NCBI GenBank assembly: GCA_029717555.1
Contig: JAMDHS010000082.1
Location: 1-64,000, forward strand
DNA from: Peribolospora baueri
Lineage: Eukaryota
Direction: 5' to 3'
Length of the DNA stretch: 64,000 nucleotides
The position numbers and the translations under genes are program-made. Below the pieces are notes generated by a model, which was not told where the DNA came from, did no database searches, and worked only from the letters and a program-made list of their open reading frames with translations. Positions 1 to 12,506 of the stretch are shown one piece after another. How positions within the stretch are numbered: position 1 is the first letter of the stretch; every line of letters starts with the position of its first letter.

Positions 1-213
1 GAGTTGCTTGGTCGGGGTAGGGAGGCCAGGAGGGATGGGAAACGTAGCCGCCGGAGGAAGGGGAGATAGAGGCAGTGGCAGGATGGTGGCCCTGGTAAGA
101 CGAGCCGGCGGAGAAACGGTGGGGGTATTTTTTGCTTGAGCCATTTTTCGCATGTCGCCCTCGATTCCGCCACGCACTTCTCTGGGCCGTAGGGATGTGT
201 AGTGCACACGAGG

Positions 214-250
214 TGGATGGATGGACGGATGGATGGATGGATGAATGGAT
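214..250. repeat. (GGAT)n imperfect microsatellite
   Basis: Seen directly. Confidence 0.85.
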
Positions 251-603
251 CTCTGATGACTTTTCTTTGTAAAGGGTACGCGAGCCAGAGGCGTTTCGCA
301 GAAGTCGCTCGGTTCCCTCCGTAGCGGGTGTTCGTAGAGGTGAACGCTGGGAATCCCGGAACGGATCGCGTCTCTCGCCCCAGGTCTCACCTCACCCCTC
401 CACCCCCACAAGCGCTGCGGAAGCGTTGCTGCACATGGCTCGGATGTCGTTCGCGGTCAATCAAACGCCGTGGTTGGGCGTCAACAAAAATGGTATAAGT
501 CCAGGTGGACGGAAAACGTCGTCCTATTCTACAAGCCAAACAAAGAAGCGCTTCGTGCCCACGGATTTCGGCGGCCGTGTCGAGTCGTCGAGTCGACCGA
601 CGT

Positions 604-3600
604 TCACGCCCTCCTACCCGCTTCTTCCGCCTCCGCCCCCACATACGCCTTATCCTCCTCGGCCTCCGCCGTGCTCGTCGGCGCTTCGGCGCGGGCGTCG
701 ATCGCTAGCGGGTTGGCCGCGCTCGCACGCGCCATCGTCTCTTCCGCCCAGGGGTAAGGGTACTTGTTGTTAAAGTAACTGATGACCTGGACCGTGACAA
801 AGCAGGCAAACATGAGGCACGTGGTCGTCGCAAAGCCCGGGATGTATCCGGGGGCGGAGGAAGTGGGCCAGATGTAGGAGCCGAAAACGGAGGAGAGGTT
901 GCCGAGCATGTTGACGATTGCGAGCGTCACGCTACGCTTGATGTTCCTGGGGGTACGAGAAGAAGAAGAAGATGGGGGCGGACAGTTCGGTTGCCGTTGC
1001 GGCGATGAGCGAGGATTTCTCATTAGACGGAGATGATCGGACGAGGGGACTAGGGGGTCTCACGGTGCGCTGACAACGTTACTCGTGAACGCGAGGCAGA
1101 TCGGTAGCGCTGACCAGATTCCGGCGGCGCCGAAGCACAGCATGGCGTATCGGACCTTTGCGTTTTCGGTAGCGCAGCAGACGACAAAGGCGACGACGGC
1201 CAGAAGACTGAAGGCGGAAATGTGCCACGTGCGTTCCTTGAAGTAGTCCGAAGAGAAGGAGCCGGCGATGGAGAACACAAAGGCGACAGCGTCTGGGTGT
1301 GCCACAAGGCCACGTTATGGGAAGTAAGTCAGCATTTTGATGCGACGACCGACAGGCGGTCTTCCAGTCAGCCGAGCCGCTCACAAATCGGAACCGTCAT
1401 CTGAAGGAGGAGCGAAGAAAGAGGCCAGCGTGTGAGCTGGACGGAGAATGCAGAACCTGTGAGAATCGCGACCGTTCCCACTCACCCATTGAGCGCTCGT
1501 TCCCTTATAGCCTAGATCGTCTGTGAGCGTGGGGATGAAGTAGCTGTGCGAAGCGAGCAGTCGCGAACGGGCGAGTGAGTGGTTGGAGCGAGCACGTGTC
1601 CGAGAGCGTGCTCGGATGTCGTCTCATCGTCCCCGCTATGGATATGGCAGGAACACCAGCTCACGAAATCGTTCCACTGCTGACGACGAAGAGGTAGAGG
1701 AACATGAACGCCTGCAAAGAAACGAAGAGAAGAGGGCCGGCGGGTAAATTTGACTAGAGGGAAGCAAATCACGGAGAGCTTGTGCGACCTCTGAGCCAAT
1801 TTCAAACCCTCCCAGCGCGCCCACTCACCCAAGTCCTCCAGTCCTGGACAGCCATGAGGAAGCCCCTCCACTGTCCTACGCTCGACTTTCCATCCGCGTT
1901 GTTCTCCACAGCGAGGCGCTTGACCGCCAACGCCCTCTCGCTGTCGGTGAGCCAGGAGGTCGTCGCTGGGAAGTTGGGAAGGATGAGCGTGGCAAGGAGG
2001 GCGAAAACGACGGTGAGGACGCCTTCGACTGTGGTGATGAAGGACGAAGCGGCGCGAGAAAGCGAGGTGGTCCCGGACCTGGTGGTTAGCACGACACGAC
2101 TCGGGCTCGAAAGGTCTCTGAGAACGCCGTCGTTGGCGCTCGACGAGCATAGAACCGACTCGGCCTCGCCGCGTCGCTCACTCAGAAACAGCCACTTCCA
2201 CCCTCGGATGCCGGCATGGCCGTCCAAGTTCTTCGTGATCCCTCCGGCCAGCAAGCCGCCAAAGGCGCCAGAAGTGATGGCGGCCGAGTAGAACAGTGCG
2301 ATCCGGCGAGAGAGCTCGGCTGTCCGAGAAGAAGCGAGTGGTTACGGAACAGGCAGTCGAAGAGGCCATGACCCGTGGTTCAACCGCCTGAAATGTCGTC
2401 TATACCAGGGGTGAGGGGCCAATTGCGCGTACGTACCCTTTCTGTACCAGTTGGAGAGCAAGAGCATCACACCCGGGAAGAAGCCGGACTCCTGAAAGGG
2501 CGCAGCGCACCGCGTGGGGAAGCAGGGCAAGGGAGAGAAATTCGAGATGCGCCATGAGCACGAGCGGGGAGATGGTCAAGCCTTCCAGCGGCGATAGGAG
2601 ACCATGTTGACGACGCATACAAGTTACGTCAAGAGGTCGTACGCACCACGATACCGAGAGCGATTCGGATCCCAATAAGACCGTTTTTGGTCTTGACTCC
2701 GACGACCTACGTGAGACATCAGGGGAAAGAGACGTCCGTTGAGCGTCCATCGGGCGAGTGTGGACGAATGAACGGTCGGGGAACTTACCGCACAGCTGGA
2801 AGAGAAGATTTGGACGGGTGGGGAGTCGCATGGGGTCAGCCATCCAAGTCGGTGAGGGGAAAGGCGTGCCCGTCCAGCGACGCCCTCGTCTCTCACCTCA
2901 CGCATCCCCATACGAGCTGTTCCGGGGGTTGTGCCACACAAAGCCGTGAGCGAGCGAACGAGTATAGAGCGTTTCGGCGCGGAGGGCGAGGTGACTCACC
3001 ATAATGGTGGGGAGGTACAAGCTGGGCTTGCTCCTGGTGAGCAACATGTTGCTCGGCACCTCGAGTAGGAGATAGGCGACGAAAAAGATGCTCAGCGCCA
3101 GCGAGTAGTCCGAGGAGGATAGGTGCAGGTCGACAGCCATGCCTGCCACTCGGGCATTGGAGATGTTCGTCCTGCATCGCGGCGGTGACAGGGAGCGTGA
3201 CTGCGTTCAGTTGGGCCATTTCAAGACAGCATTCGCACCGCGCGAGTTCTCACCTATCCAGATAGTTAAGGCAGCTGGACGTGGGGAAGGGAGGCAAGGC
3301 AATGGAGGTGAACGTGGGCGCCCGCATTCGATCCAGCGGGAGGACTCACTACATGACCCAGAGGATGGGGAGCAATCGCATGTCGATCTTCCTCACGAGG
3401 CGCCTCTCTTCCTCCGTGCCAGGCACGTAGCCTGCTTCCTCTCCGAGCTGGATACCATGCTGGCCGGCGGGGATGGCGCCACGGTCCGCTGAAGGAGAGA
3501 GGGTGCGAGCTCTGTCGTGGTCGGCGCCGACGGGACGCACGACGGCCGTCGGGGCGTGCTCGAGATGGGCGATGTCGGGCCCTGCGAGATCCTTTGTCTC

Positions 3601-3651
3601 TCCCGAGCGCGACTCTGGCGTGCGAGGGCGAGGGGGAGTGGAATCGGCCAT
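604..3651 (-). CDS. MFS transporter, allantoate permease/anion:cation symporter family (Dal5/Tna1-like), multi-exon
   Basis: Exon peptides EERRLVRKIDMRLLPILWVM, YSLALSIFFVAYLLLEVPSNMLL, ESGFFPGVMLLLSNWY, LDGHAGIRGWKWLF, ILPNFPATTSWLTDSERALAVKRL, AIVNMLGNLSSVFGSYIWP; start MADSTPP at 3651, stop at 604. Confidence 0.9.
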
Positions 3652-4064
3652 TGTCTAGAGGGCGAAGAAGGAAAGGCGGGGGGACAAGGATGGCGAGGAG
3701 GCGGGAGGAGATGGGCGGAGAGGAGAAGACGTCGAGAGGAGTCCGGACCGAGTGCAGGGCGACGGCGTCGAGGAGCGAGCGTCCGCATTTGTAGGCGTCG
3801 TCCTCGCCTCGCCTCGCCCTATCGTCTCGTCGGCCTTGGGTCGCCGCGACAGGCAACATGCAACAGGCACGCGGGCAGGGCGGGCGGGAATGAGGTTCTG
3901 CCCTGTACAGCGAGCCAGGTCGCAGATGGACGTGGGCCGTCGCGTCTAAGGGCGGGGCGCCGGGCAGGCTGAGAGCCGAGCGAGCGGGGAAGGGACGGGC
4001 GGGACGTGATTGTGATGGTTTGCCTGTTTCGTCTGTGCGACGGCGTCAGCGTCAGCGTCAGCTG

Positions 4065-4146
4065 TTGGCTTGCCTTGGATTGCCTTGAAATAACCTTGGC
4101 TTGCCTTGGACTGCCTTGGGTTGCCTTGGATGATAATAGCCTTGGT
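4065..4146. repeat. Degenerate 10-bp TTGCCTTGG(A) repeats in the MFS/GCV1 divergent intergenic region
   Basis: About seven CCTTG-containing units, mostly at 10-bp spacing. Confidence 0.7.
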
Positions 4147-4732
4147 GTGTCCTGGCGACGGATGAGAACAAGGCGCCGAGGCGCTTACCCCGCAAAGAAG
4201 CCCATCATCCGGACCGAACGCTCTGCCAGGACGGGCAGCTGACGGCGTCATAGGCGAGCACCGCTTCACCGCTCCGAATTTGTCAACACTTGCCCAATCC
4301 ACCAAGGCAGGGCAGGGCAGACCGGTGGGCGACGAAGCGGGCGGCGACCGAGATGGACATGGAGATCGAGAAGAGAAGAGAAGAGAAGAGAAGAAAGGAA
4401 TCAGCGAGCGACATCTGTCAGAGACGAGAATGGCAGCGATCGACATCCCCTCCCTGCAAACATCATAGGACCACCGGCTGGTCATTCGTCGGTCTCCCCC
4501 CTATACCAATGTACATCCTCGCCCATCGCCCGCCGTCATGGTACAGGTGAGCGTGCTCGTTGTCGATAGGAGATAGATACTTGCAGGCGTACATCAGCAA
4601 ACCAATCACGAGCGAGGCCGCCGAAAAGGGACCGACCCGACCAACCGTCCCGATCGGAGGCCGGACGCTCCTCGAACACGAATCTCCCTTTCTTCCGCCC
4701 ACCATCTCCCCCTTCTCCACCATCCGGCCATA

Positions 4733-6618
4733 ATGCTTCGACTGCCCACTCTCTCTTTACGTCGGCTCGCGCCCTCAGCGAGGCGGCCCGTGTCCAAGAT
4801 CGCCCGGCCGACCGCCACCGTCGTCCCCGCTTCCCGACTTGTGCCCCACTTTTCCACGACTAGAAGCCCGGAAAGCTTCTCCAGGACGTTCGCTACCAGC
4901 GGGTTTAGAGGGAACAGGAAAGAAGTAGGTGTCGCCGGCCTGGATGCTCTTCAATGGATGGAGACATGCGATGGAAAGAGAGAGAGAGACGGAGACGGAC
5001 ACCCGACCCACGCTCAACTCCCCTTCTACCATCCCTTGCAAATGTCTTTCTGCGCCGCCATCGACTCCACCTCCCCACCCCCTTCCCCGGATGCAGGCCG
5101 ATCACCAGCTACCGCTGCGTCGGACCGGTCTGTTTGACTTTCACCTCGCCCACGGCGCCAAGATGGTGCCCTTTGCCGGGTACAGCATGCCTCTGAGCTA
5201 CGGGGATGTCGGCCAAGGTGAGAGCAGCAGCGACGAACGCTTTGCGGGGCAGGCTACTCGAACGATTACCCTGATAGAAGGACTTGCCTCAATGATTCCG
5301 TGTTCCTCTTTCAGTGGCGAGCCACAAACACGTCCGGCAGAGCGCCGGGCTATTCGACGTGGGCCACATGGTCCAGAGCTTGTCAGTCTTCTTCACAGAC
5401 TCGGCCTTGTCTCCGTTCTCCCGTATTGATGGCTGTGTCTCTTTCGCTCATTCCCGCATCGCAGCGTCACCGGTCCCTCCGCTCAGGCTTTCCTGGAGCA
5501 CCTCACCCCCTCCTCCCTCTCCATGCTCAAGCCCTTCCACTCCACGCTCTCCGTCTTGCTAAACGAGCATGGCGGCATCATCGACGACACCGTCATCTCC
5601 AAACACTCCGACACGCGCTTCTACGTCGTCACCAACGCCGCCAGGAGGGATCGCGATCTGGCCTGGTTTGAGGAGCAGAAGGACAAGTGGAATGCGATGC
5701 AGGGCGAGGGACAGGGCAGGCAAGTCGAAGTGCAGGAGATGGAAGGCTGGGGCCTCATTGCTCTCCAAGGCCCAAAGGCCGCTCAAGTCCTTCAGCAGTT
5801 CACCGCGTACGACTTGAGCACCCTCTACTTTGGCCAGTCGGCCTACGTCGACATCAACGGCGTCAACGTCCACGTCGCTCGAGGCGGCTACACTGGCGAA
5901 GACGGTTTTGAGGTACGTGCCCGTCCATCTTGAGCCCACCTCGGCGGACCGGCAATGGCTGATCCCAGTTTGCCCGCACCGCCCCAGATCTCCATCACCC
6001 CGTCCGCAACCGCGAACATCGCCTCCCTCCTCGCGGCTGACCCGCTCGTGCAGCTCACCGGCCTCGGCGCTCGCGACAGCCTGCGACTCGAAGCCGGCAT
6101 GTGCCTTTACGGCCACGATCTGGACGAGAACACCACGCCAATCGAGGGCGCTCTCACCTGGGTGATCGGCAAGGACCGTCGGGAACCGTCTGCTGGCTTC
6201 ATCGGCGCAGAGACCGTGTCCAAGACGCTCAAAGACGGTCCCAAGCAAAGGAGGGTCGGTCTCGTCGTAGAGGGCGCGCCGGCGAGAGAAGGCGCCGAGG
6301 TGTTCACGGCCGATGGGAAGGAAAATATCGGTGAGTGGAGGGAGACGGGTGGGGCGGGGCGGTCCACTCGTGTTCGTGCACGCCGTCGCTCATCATCGCC
6401 TTACCGCCGACGTTTTCAACCCCGTCCGTCCGTCGTCAGGCCGCATCACATCCGGCATCCCCTCACCCACACTCGGTCAAAACATCGCCATGGGCTACGT
6501 CCAATCGGGCCACCACAAACGCGGCACCGAGGTGGCCGTCATGGTTCGCAACAAGCTGCGCAAGGCGACGATTGCCAAAATGCCTTTTGTCGACACTAAA
6601 TACCACAAGCCGAGTTAG
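4733..6618 (+). CDS. GCV1: Glycine cleavage system T protein (aminomethyltransferase), mitochondrial
   Basis: Arg/Ser-rich presequence; [92 protein letters not shown]. Confidence 0.97.
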
Positions 6619-7205
6619 CTGTCGGTCTGGTCGGAAGACGTGTTTCGAAATGCCGCCGTTCCCTCCTAGGTCCGGGGGGATTGAGCTGGGAAACGAAGGA
6701 TAAAAATCTAACCATCCCCATCGAATCCGCATTGCCAGATTCCTAACCGCTGGCTTTTTTTCCTTTCCTTTTCTCTTTTCTTTTTTCTCGGATCTCGAAA
6801 TATCCGATGGGATTGAGCTTTCTGTGCAAAAGACGGGCGGGCGAATGGCTTAGCGTTCGGTGATGGATAAAAGCCGACATGCCATGCTCTTTGACGTCGT
6901 ATGCGGTCACGGTCACGTTCACGATCACTTCCACGAGAGAAGGCACCATCTAGCTACAAACATCCCTCTCCAGAAGAGTGACCCTCGTCGTCATGCCGTT
7001 TCCCCCCTGAAGCGCAGCCGCGCTAGAGGCTCTACCAGAGCGGAGACGCTGTTCGGATGATGGAGTCGTCGGAGACGGATGATGGGGAGGACATGCATGA
7101 AGCCGAAAGGAAAGTAAAGAGGAGAAAGCGAAAGACTCCGTCAGTCGAATCAAGTTTTCATTCACCCGGCGCCCCTCCCTCCGAAATAGGTGGGACGACC
7201 TTATC

Positions 7206-7875
7206 TCACCTGGCGAACCCTCTCCTATCGAGCCTGTTTAGCCTCCTCGCCGTACGCGCGTTCGTCCGGGTGCCCTGTCCTCTCACTGGATATCCTAGAG
7301 AGTGTCGCCTGCCGATGTAGCTGCCTACGCTGCGGTGGTGGGCGATGTTGGCTCGGACCTGTCTGCGCAGATCTGTCTCGATGGAGAGCGATCGTAGAGG
7401 GTCGTCCGATGGCGAGGCGGTCGTCGACGGAGATGGACCGGGAAGGGAAACGGCGGCTTCGTACGACGTTTGCGACTCCGCCCCTACCCCCAACCCCTTG
7501 GAAGACGAAGGAAGAGGCCTCGACGGCGGCGAAATGTGGGAGAGCGGTCGCGGCGCCTGGGCTGCCACGCTGCCCGGAGAAGACAGGTAGGCGGACAGAG
7601 CGGTGACCTGGTGCTCCGTCAGCGAGCCCACGGTCGCTCGATCGTGGATCTGTAGCCGCGCACACAGGCGCTCGGCGGTGGGCAGGTTGATGCCGTAGAA
7701 GGCGGTCAAGGCCACCTGCGCGGACAGATGAAATTCGCAAAAGCGTCATGGCCCGGCGCGAGTATGTGAAGAGGCGAACAAAAAGACAATGCTCTTCGCT
7801 CTTCAAAGCTCCCACCACCAAGCCTCTCACCTTGACTACCTTGTTGTCTGCCAAGTGCGCACCGAGAAGGTACAT
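7206..7875 (-). CDS. SWS2: Mitochondrial ribosomal protein uS13m
   Basis: [15 protein letters not shown], intron, [20 protein letters not shown] ... [30 protein letters not shown] (S13 signature). Confidence 0.93.
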
Positions 7876-8085
7876 GATTTACTGTGATGGGAAGACGATT
7901 AAGTGCGCCATCCGAGGGAAGGACACGGCTAGAAGACCTCGGAGAAAGGCGGTGATAGGCGACGATACGAGGGGCAGGTGGCACAGATACCGTCGAACGA
8001 CTCTCACCGACACGAACCAACACCACACTTCGGCTCCACCCGTCCCGCCCTTCCCTTCCCATCAACGTATTCAGTTTCACACGCC

Positions 8086-9827
8086 ATGGCCACCTCCCAG
8101 GACGAGCACCGCCGTCAGGCGTTGCTCACGAAGAAGCGCGAAGAAATGATGGCCGAGTTTGAGCGGCAGCGCACCGCCCTCCAAAAGGACACTGAGCGCA
8201 ACCGAACGGGGGCGGATCGGTTCGTGGGGCAGAACGACAGCATGGAAGATCGCCTGAAGAAGGACACTGTCGGTCTCGTGCATCTTGAGGATTTCCAGGC
8301 TAGGAGGAAGGAGCTGGAGGAACAGAGGGCTCGGGAAGCGGCGATGACGAACGAGATCAAGTGAGTGTTTCCCACCTATGTCGGCGAGTCCTCTCTCTCT
8401 TTCTCTCTCTCAGGGGCAGCGAGCGCCTTGGGCGTTGTGCATGCTCGAATGCTGACTCGCACTTGAGGCCCATGCGCTGCTCCCTCCATTTTGTGTCTCC
8501 TACGTGATGTCGCATAGGGAAGTAGACAAGAAGAAGAAAAAAAAGAAGAACAACAAGGCAAAATTGTCTTTCGCCATGGATGGCGAGGAGGAAGAGGAGT
8601 TTGATCAAGGACCGAAGAAGAAAAAGGCCAAGGTCAATGGCGATTCTGGTGAGCAGCAGCGGCGTTTTTTCTTCGATGCAGTCGACTTAGCAGTTGAGCT
8701 CGAGCTAATTTGTTCCTGGCATCGTATCCATTTTTACAGCCCCGAAGATGGCGAAGCTAGGCAAGAATCCCTCTGTGGACACCTCCTTCCTGCCAGACCG
8801 TGAACGTGAAGAGGCGGAGCGGAAGGTGCGGGAAGAGTTGCGTCAAGAATGGTTGAAGAAGCAAGAGGAAATGAAGGAGGAGACTGTCGAAATCACTTAC
8901 TCGTTCTGGGATGGTACCGGACATCGGAGGACGGTCACGGTACGTTATCGTTTGCCTGCCCCTATAAGGCATCCCCTTTAAAATGGTACGCTAATCCGAG
9001 GACGAATGGAATGCTGGTCTACAGTGCAAGAAGGGCGACACGGTCGCCACTTTCCTCGACAAGTGCCGACAACAATTCCCACAGCTACGATCGATTAGCG
9101 TCGACAATTTGATGTACATCAAGGTCTGTGGTCCGCTCTTTTCTTTCCATATTGACCAGTCGTCCGTACGTGCCTTCGCTCAGGCGGACCTTTCCCCTCG
9201 TATCGATCTCTGCGCTTGCAGGAAGACTTGATCATCCCGGCGCACTACACTTTCTACGATGTGAGTCCCATGCTCCCGATATGCACATTTATTTCACAAT
9301 CTAAGGCTAGCCGAAGGTAAGATACTGACTGAAGAGGAGTCACCCTTTTGTCCTCTTACTGTTCGCAGTTCATCGTCAACAAAGCCCGCGGCAAGTCTGG
9401 CCCTCTTTTTAACTTCGACGTCCACGACGACGTACGAATGCTTGCAGACGCCACCAAGGAGAAGGACGAGGTGGGTCACAAGCTGTTGCTTATTTTTCTC
9501 CAGCTGCCGAAATTCATCGCCGGGGCATTGTCTGACGGCCTGTTTCACCCATTCTCGCTCGCCCCGTTTCGCGCGCTCATGCAGTCTCACGCGGGCAAAG
9601 TGGTCGAACGATCATGGTACCAGCGGAACAAGCACATCTTTCCCGCCAGTCGATGGGAGGTGTATGATCCTAAGAAGGAGTACGGCAGTTACACGTGAGT
9701 GCCCGGTCTACTTGTTTCTCCGACATTTGACCCGAGCCGAGGCGAAGAAGAAGCGGGAGGCCGATCGCTGACGCTCCTCACCTGCTCTTCGCTTACCAGC
9801 ATCCACGACCGATCCAAAGACAAATGA
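8086..9827 (+). CDS. XAP5: XAP5/FAM50 family nuclear protein
   Basis: [91 protein letters not shown]; last small exon IHDRSKDK*. Confidence 0.95.
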
Positions 9828-10530
9828 AGTGCAGGGTGCTGCCTTCAGATGGGAGCATTGGTGCACTTGTATATTCCTTTTCGTGTATGCCTCTCTTTGT
9901 TCGTTTGTTGTATGCCGCCTGTGTGCCCCTTCTTGGATGCGGGCATACGAGACCTAGATCGATATGTCCGCACATCGCCGCGCCTTCTTCTTCTCTTCGA
10001 CCGAACAACCGGGCAGAGGTTGTCTGTTCCTTCCTACCACATCGACGACGAGCAAGTTGAAGGAAGAACATGTTGTAGCGGTGAGCGCAAGGACAGGACG
10101 AGACTCGTGATACGCGAGCGTCGTTCCCGTACTCTTTCGTACGTGATCGCTAGGTTCGAACAGTGGATGAGCTTCGCAGCATTCCTCCCTCTTCCGCCTC
10201 CTGAAAAAGTGGAGCGGAAGAGTGGACGGCTATGACTTGGCAACGGACTCTTTCTCGAGTTCCGTCTGCCCCGTCTTTTGCCTTTTGTGCTGCCAGATGG
10301 AACCAGCTCACAGTTTGAGGCATGAGCCCTTTCAGAATTTTCTTTTCTGTCCATGTGGGCCCGTAGCCATAGAAGCTGAGCGATATATTTGTTTGCCGGC
10401 CGGCTTTTGGTCGGTTTGACTTCTTCTCGAATTAAATTCGTATCGGTCGATGTGCGATGAGGGAATTGTACATAGCTCGAGTATACATGAGGGCTCGGTG
10501 TTAAGGAAAAGAGGCGCCGCCAACAACCGC

Positions 10531-11995
10531 TTAAGAAGAATGGGAATGGGCCTCCATCCGCAACATCAACCCCAGCAGCGCTCCTTCCAGCGCGACCACG
10601 AACATAGTCACGACGGCTACCACGGTTCCGTTTGTTCGGAACTTGCGCGTAAAGCTTCTCGTTGTCGTTCGCATCTTCGTTCCTGACCGTTGGCCGGGGG
10701 CGAATGCTTGGGCGTGGGCGGGCGAGGCGACAGGCGCGGGAAAAGCGGTACGGGTAGATGAGCCGACGTCATTGGCCAGCACATTTCTGTCGCCGTCAGC
10801 GGGGGCCGAGGAGGAGTAAAGAGGTTCGGCTAAAGACGTGGCCACCCGGGCCGTGTGGATGTCTTCCATTTCGCCTTCAGAAGTTCTCTGTTTGTCCGCC
10901 GCCACACCTCTTCCATCCTTGGCCGCTGAGATTCGTGTCTGCTGCGCCAGTGTTTGCCGAACGGACGATTGACTAGTCCGAGGCCCAGATTTGCCCTGCT
11001 GTTCATTTTGATGACCATGCCAGGAGGATGAGAAGGGAATATGCTTACTGGCCGCAGACAGGGGAGACAAATCCACGCCCATTACTTCGCCTTCTGCGCC
11101 CGTCCGCTCCTCCGCCGCTGACAATCGCATGTGTTGTTGCACTCCTTGCTCCGCTGAGGGACGTGCGGTCGCAGCTTCGTGCTCGTGCTGGTGACGGTGC
11201 GTGCTGTTACCACCACCATCGTTCTCGTCCTCCTCTTCTGGTGTCAAAGGCTCCGACCTACGGTTCGAAGCCTCATTCAAATGTCGTTCTTCCTCGTGTT
11301 CTCTGATCATATGGGCCACATCGTCTTGGAACATCTTGTCCGAGAGTCTGCGACGGTGGATGGAGATGAGGAGAAGAAAAAGGGAAAGGACGACATAAAG
11401 GAGGCCGACTGGTGGCGATGTGGAAGTATGTCGTAATGTTACCGAGTTGGCCCATGCCTTCCTCCTCCGCCGGTGCCTCATTGGAACCAGGGCTCGCTCG
11501 GCCGCGATCGGACTCACTGAGATAAAAGGTGCGGTCGAAGATCTTCAAGATCATCACGGCATAGCCCAGATTTCCTAAGGCCGACCTAGGAAAGCAGAAC
11601 ACGCCCGGGTCAAAGGTAGAGGAGAGAGGTCAGATGGGCACGGTTGACAGTCCTGCTTGGGGTTGTGCCCCCCCTCGTAGATGAGAGAGGATGGCCGACG
11701 GCGGCGAACAAAGCATCCCGTCGTCGAGGTCCACAGCCTGTGCCACGCCTGTTCACGCCCGCCCACCGTCAAACCACCATACCACCCACCTCGCATAAGC
11801 CCCATCGAAGGTTCTCTGCATGGCACGAATGTCCAGGATCTCCCTCTCGTCCAAGGCGACAAAGCTCCGTCTTCGGTGGCCGCGGTAACGGAGATGGCGA
11901 CGGGGGGTGACTAGAGGCGCCCAATAACGATGACGAGAGGGTTCTTTCCCGCTCACCGTGTCCCATAGGGAGCTGAGGAAGGTGGGGTTGGGCAT
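10531..11995 (-). CDS. DUF202-like small membrane protein with a long disordered loop
   Basis: RAMQRTFDGAYAR, SALGNLGYAVMILKIFD, GLLYVVLSLFLLLISIHRRR, C-terminal hydrophobic FRTNGTVVAVVTMFVVALEGALLGLML; GT-AG introns link the exons. Confidence 0.7.
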
Positions 11996-12131
11996 GGGCA
12001 AAAGGCTGATGATGGAAGCAAGGTGGATGACGGCGGAGGTAGCTCGAGCGTCGCTCCCGATCGTCATCACCCGCAGCCCATCCATCCACCGTCCGCCGTC
12101 GGCCATCCCTTGTTTATCGGCTCAGCCTCGG

Positions 12132-12399
12132 TGGGGGAGATTCGTCGAGCCAGATGACCATCACTGGCATACCTTCCTTTTTCCCTTAACGTTTTTGGAG
12201 GGTGGTGACTTTCGGTTTCCCCATCTCAAGCTCCAAATTCCTCTTTGGGCAGGTCAGGCTGGCACCTTCAAAGGTCACATGCTTTCCCATTCCACTGAGC
12301 CTTACTTCGGGGAGGTGCGTCATTATGCATGGCTTCACCGGTTACTCCAAAGTAGCCCAGGTTGGTCTGGTAATCGTCCCAAATTCTAAAGCCGTGTAG
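12132..12399 (+). pseudogene. Fragment of a TET/JBP-like 2OG-Fe(II) dioxygenase (C-terminal half), frameshifted
   Basis: EPDD...LEGGDFRFPHLKLQIPLWAGQAGTFKGHMLSHSTEPYFGEVRH, continuing as GFTGYSK in another frame; no convincing start and no N-terminal half. Confidence 0.55.
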
Positions 12400-12506
12400 G
12401 TAGGAGCGACTATGCTCTATTCCAATGCGACCATGTACACGATGTCGGAAAGACGACAGGGCGCGGGAGATGGACTCGGATAGGCGTCGACGTGGAGGAC
12501 GGATGC

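Noticed and set aside
1..600. Minus-strand intron-like segment (about 390-92)
   Set aside because: Could be a UTR intron of a flanking gene; no supportable CDS
5559..6248. 229-aa antisense ORF over GCV1, and similar antisense ORFs over RPL5, hapX and the F-box gene
   Set aside because: Expected consequence of GC3-biased codon usage
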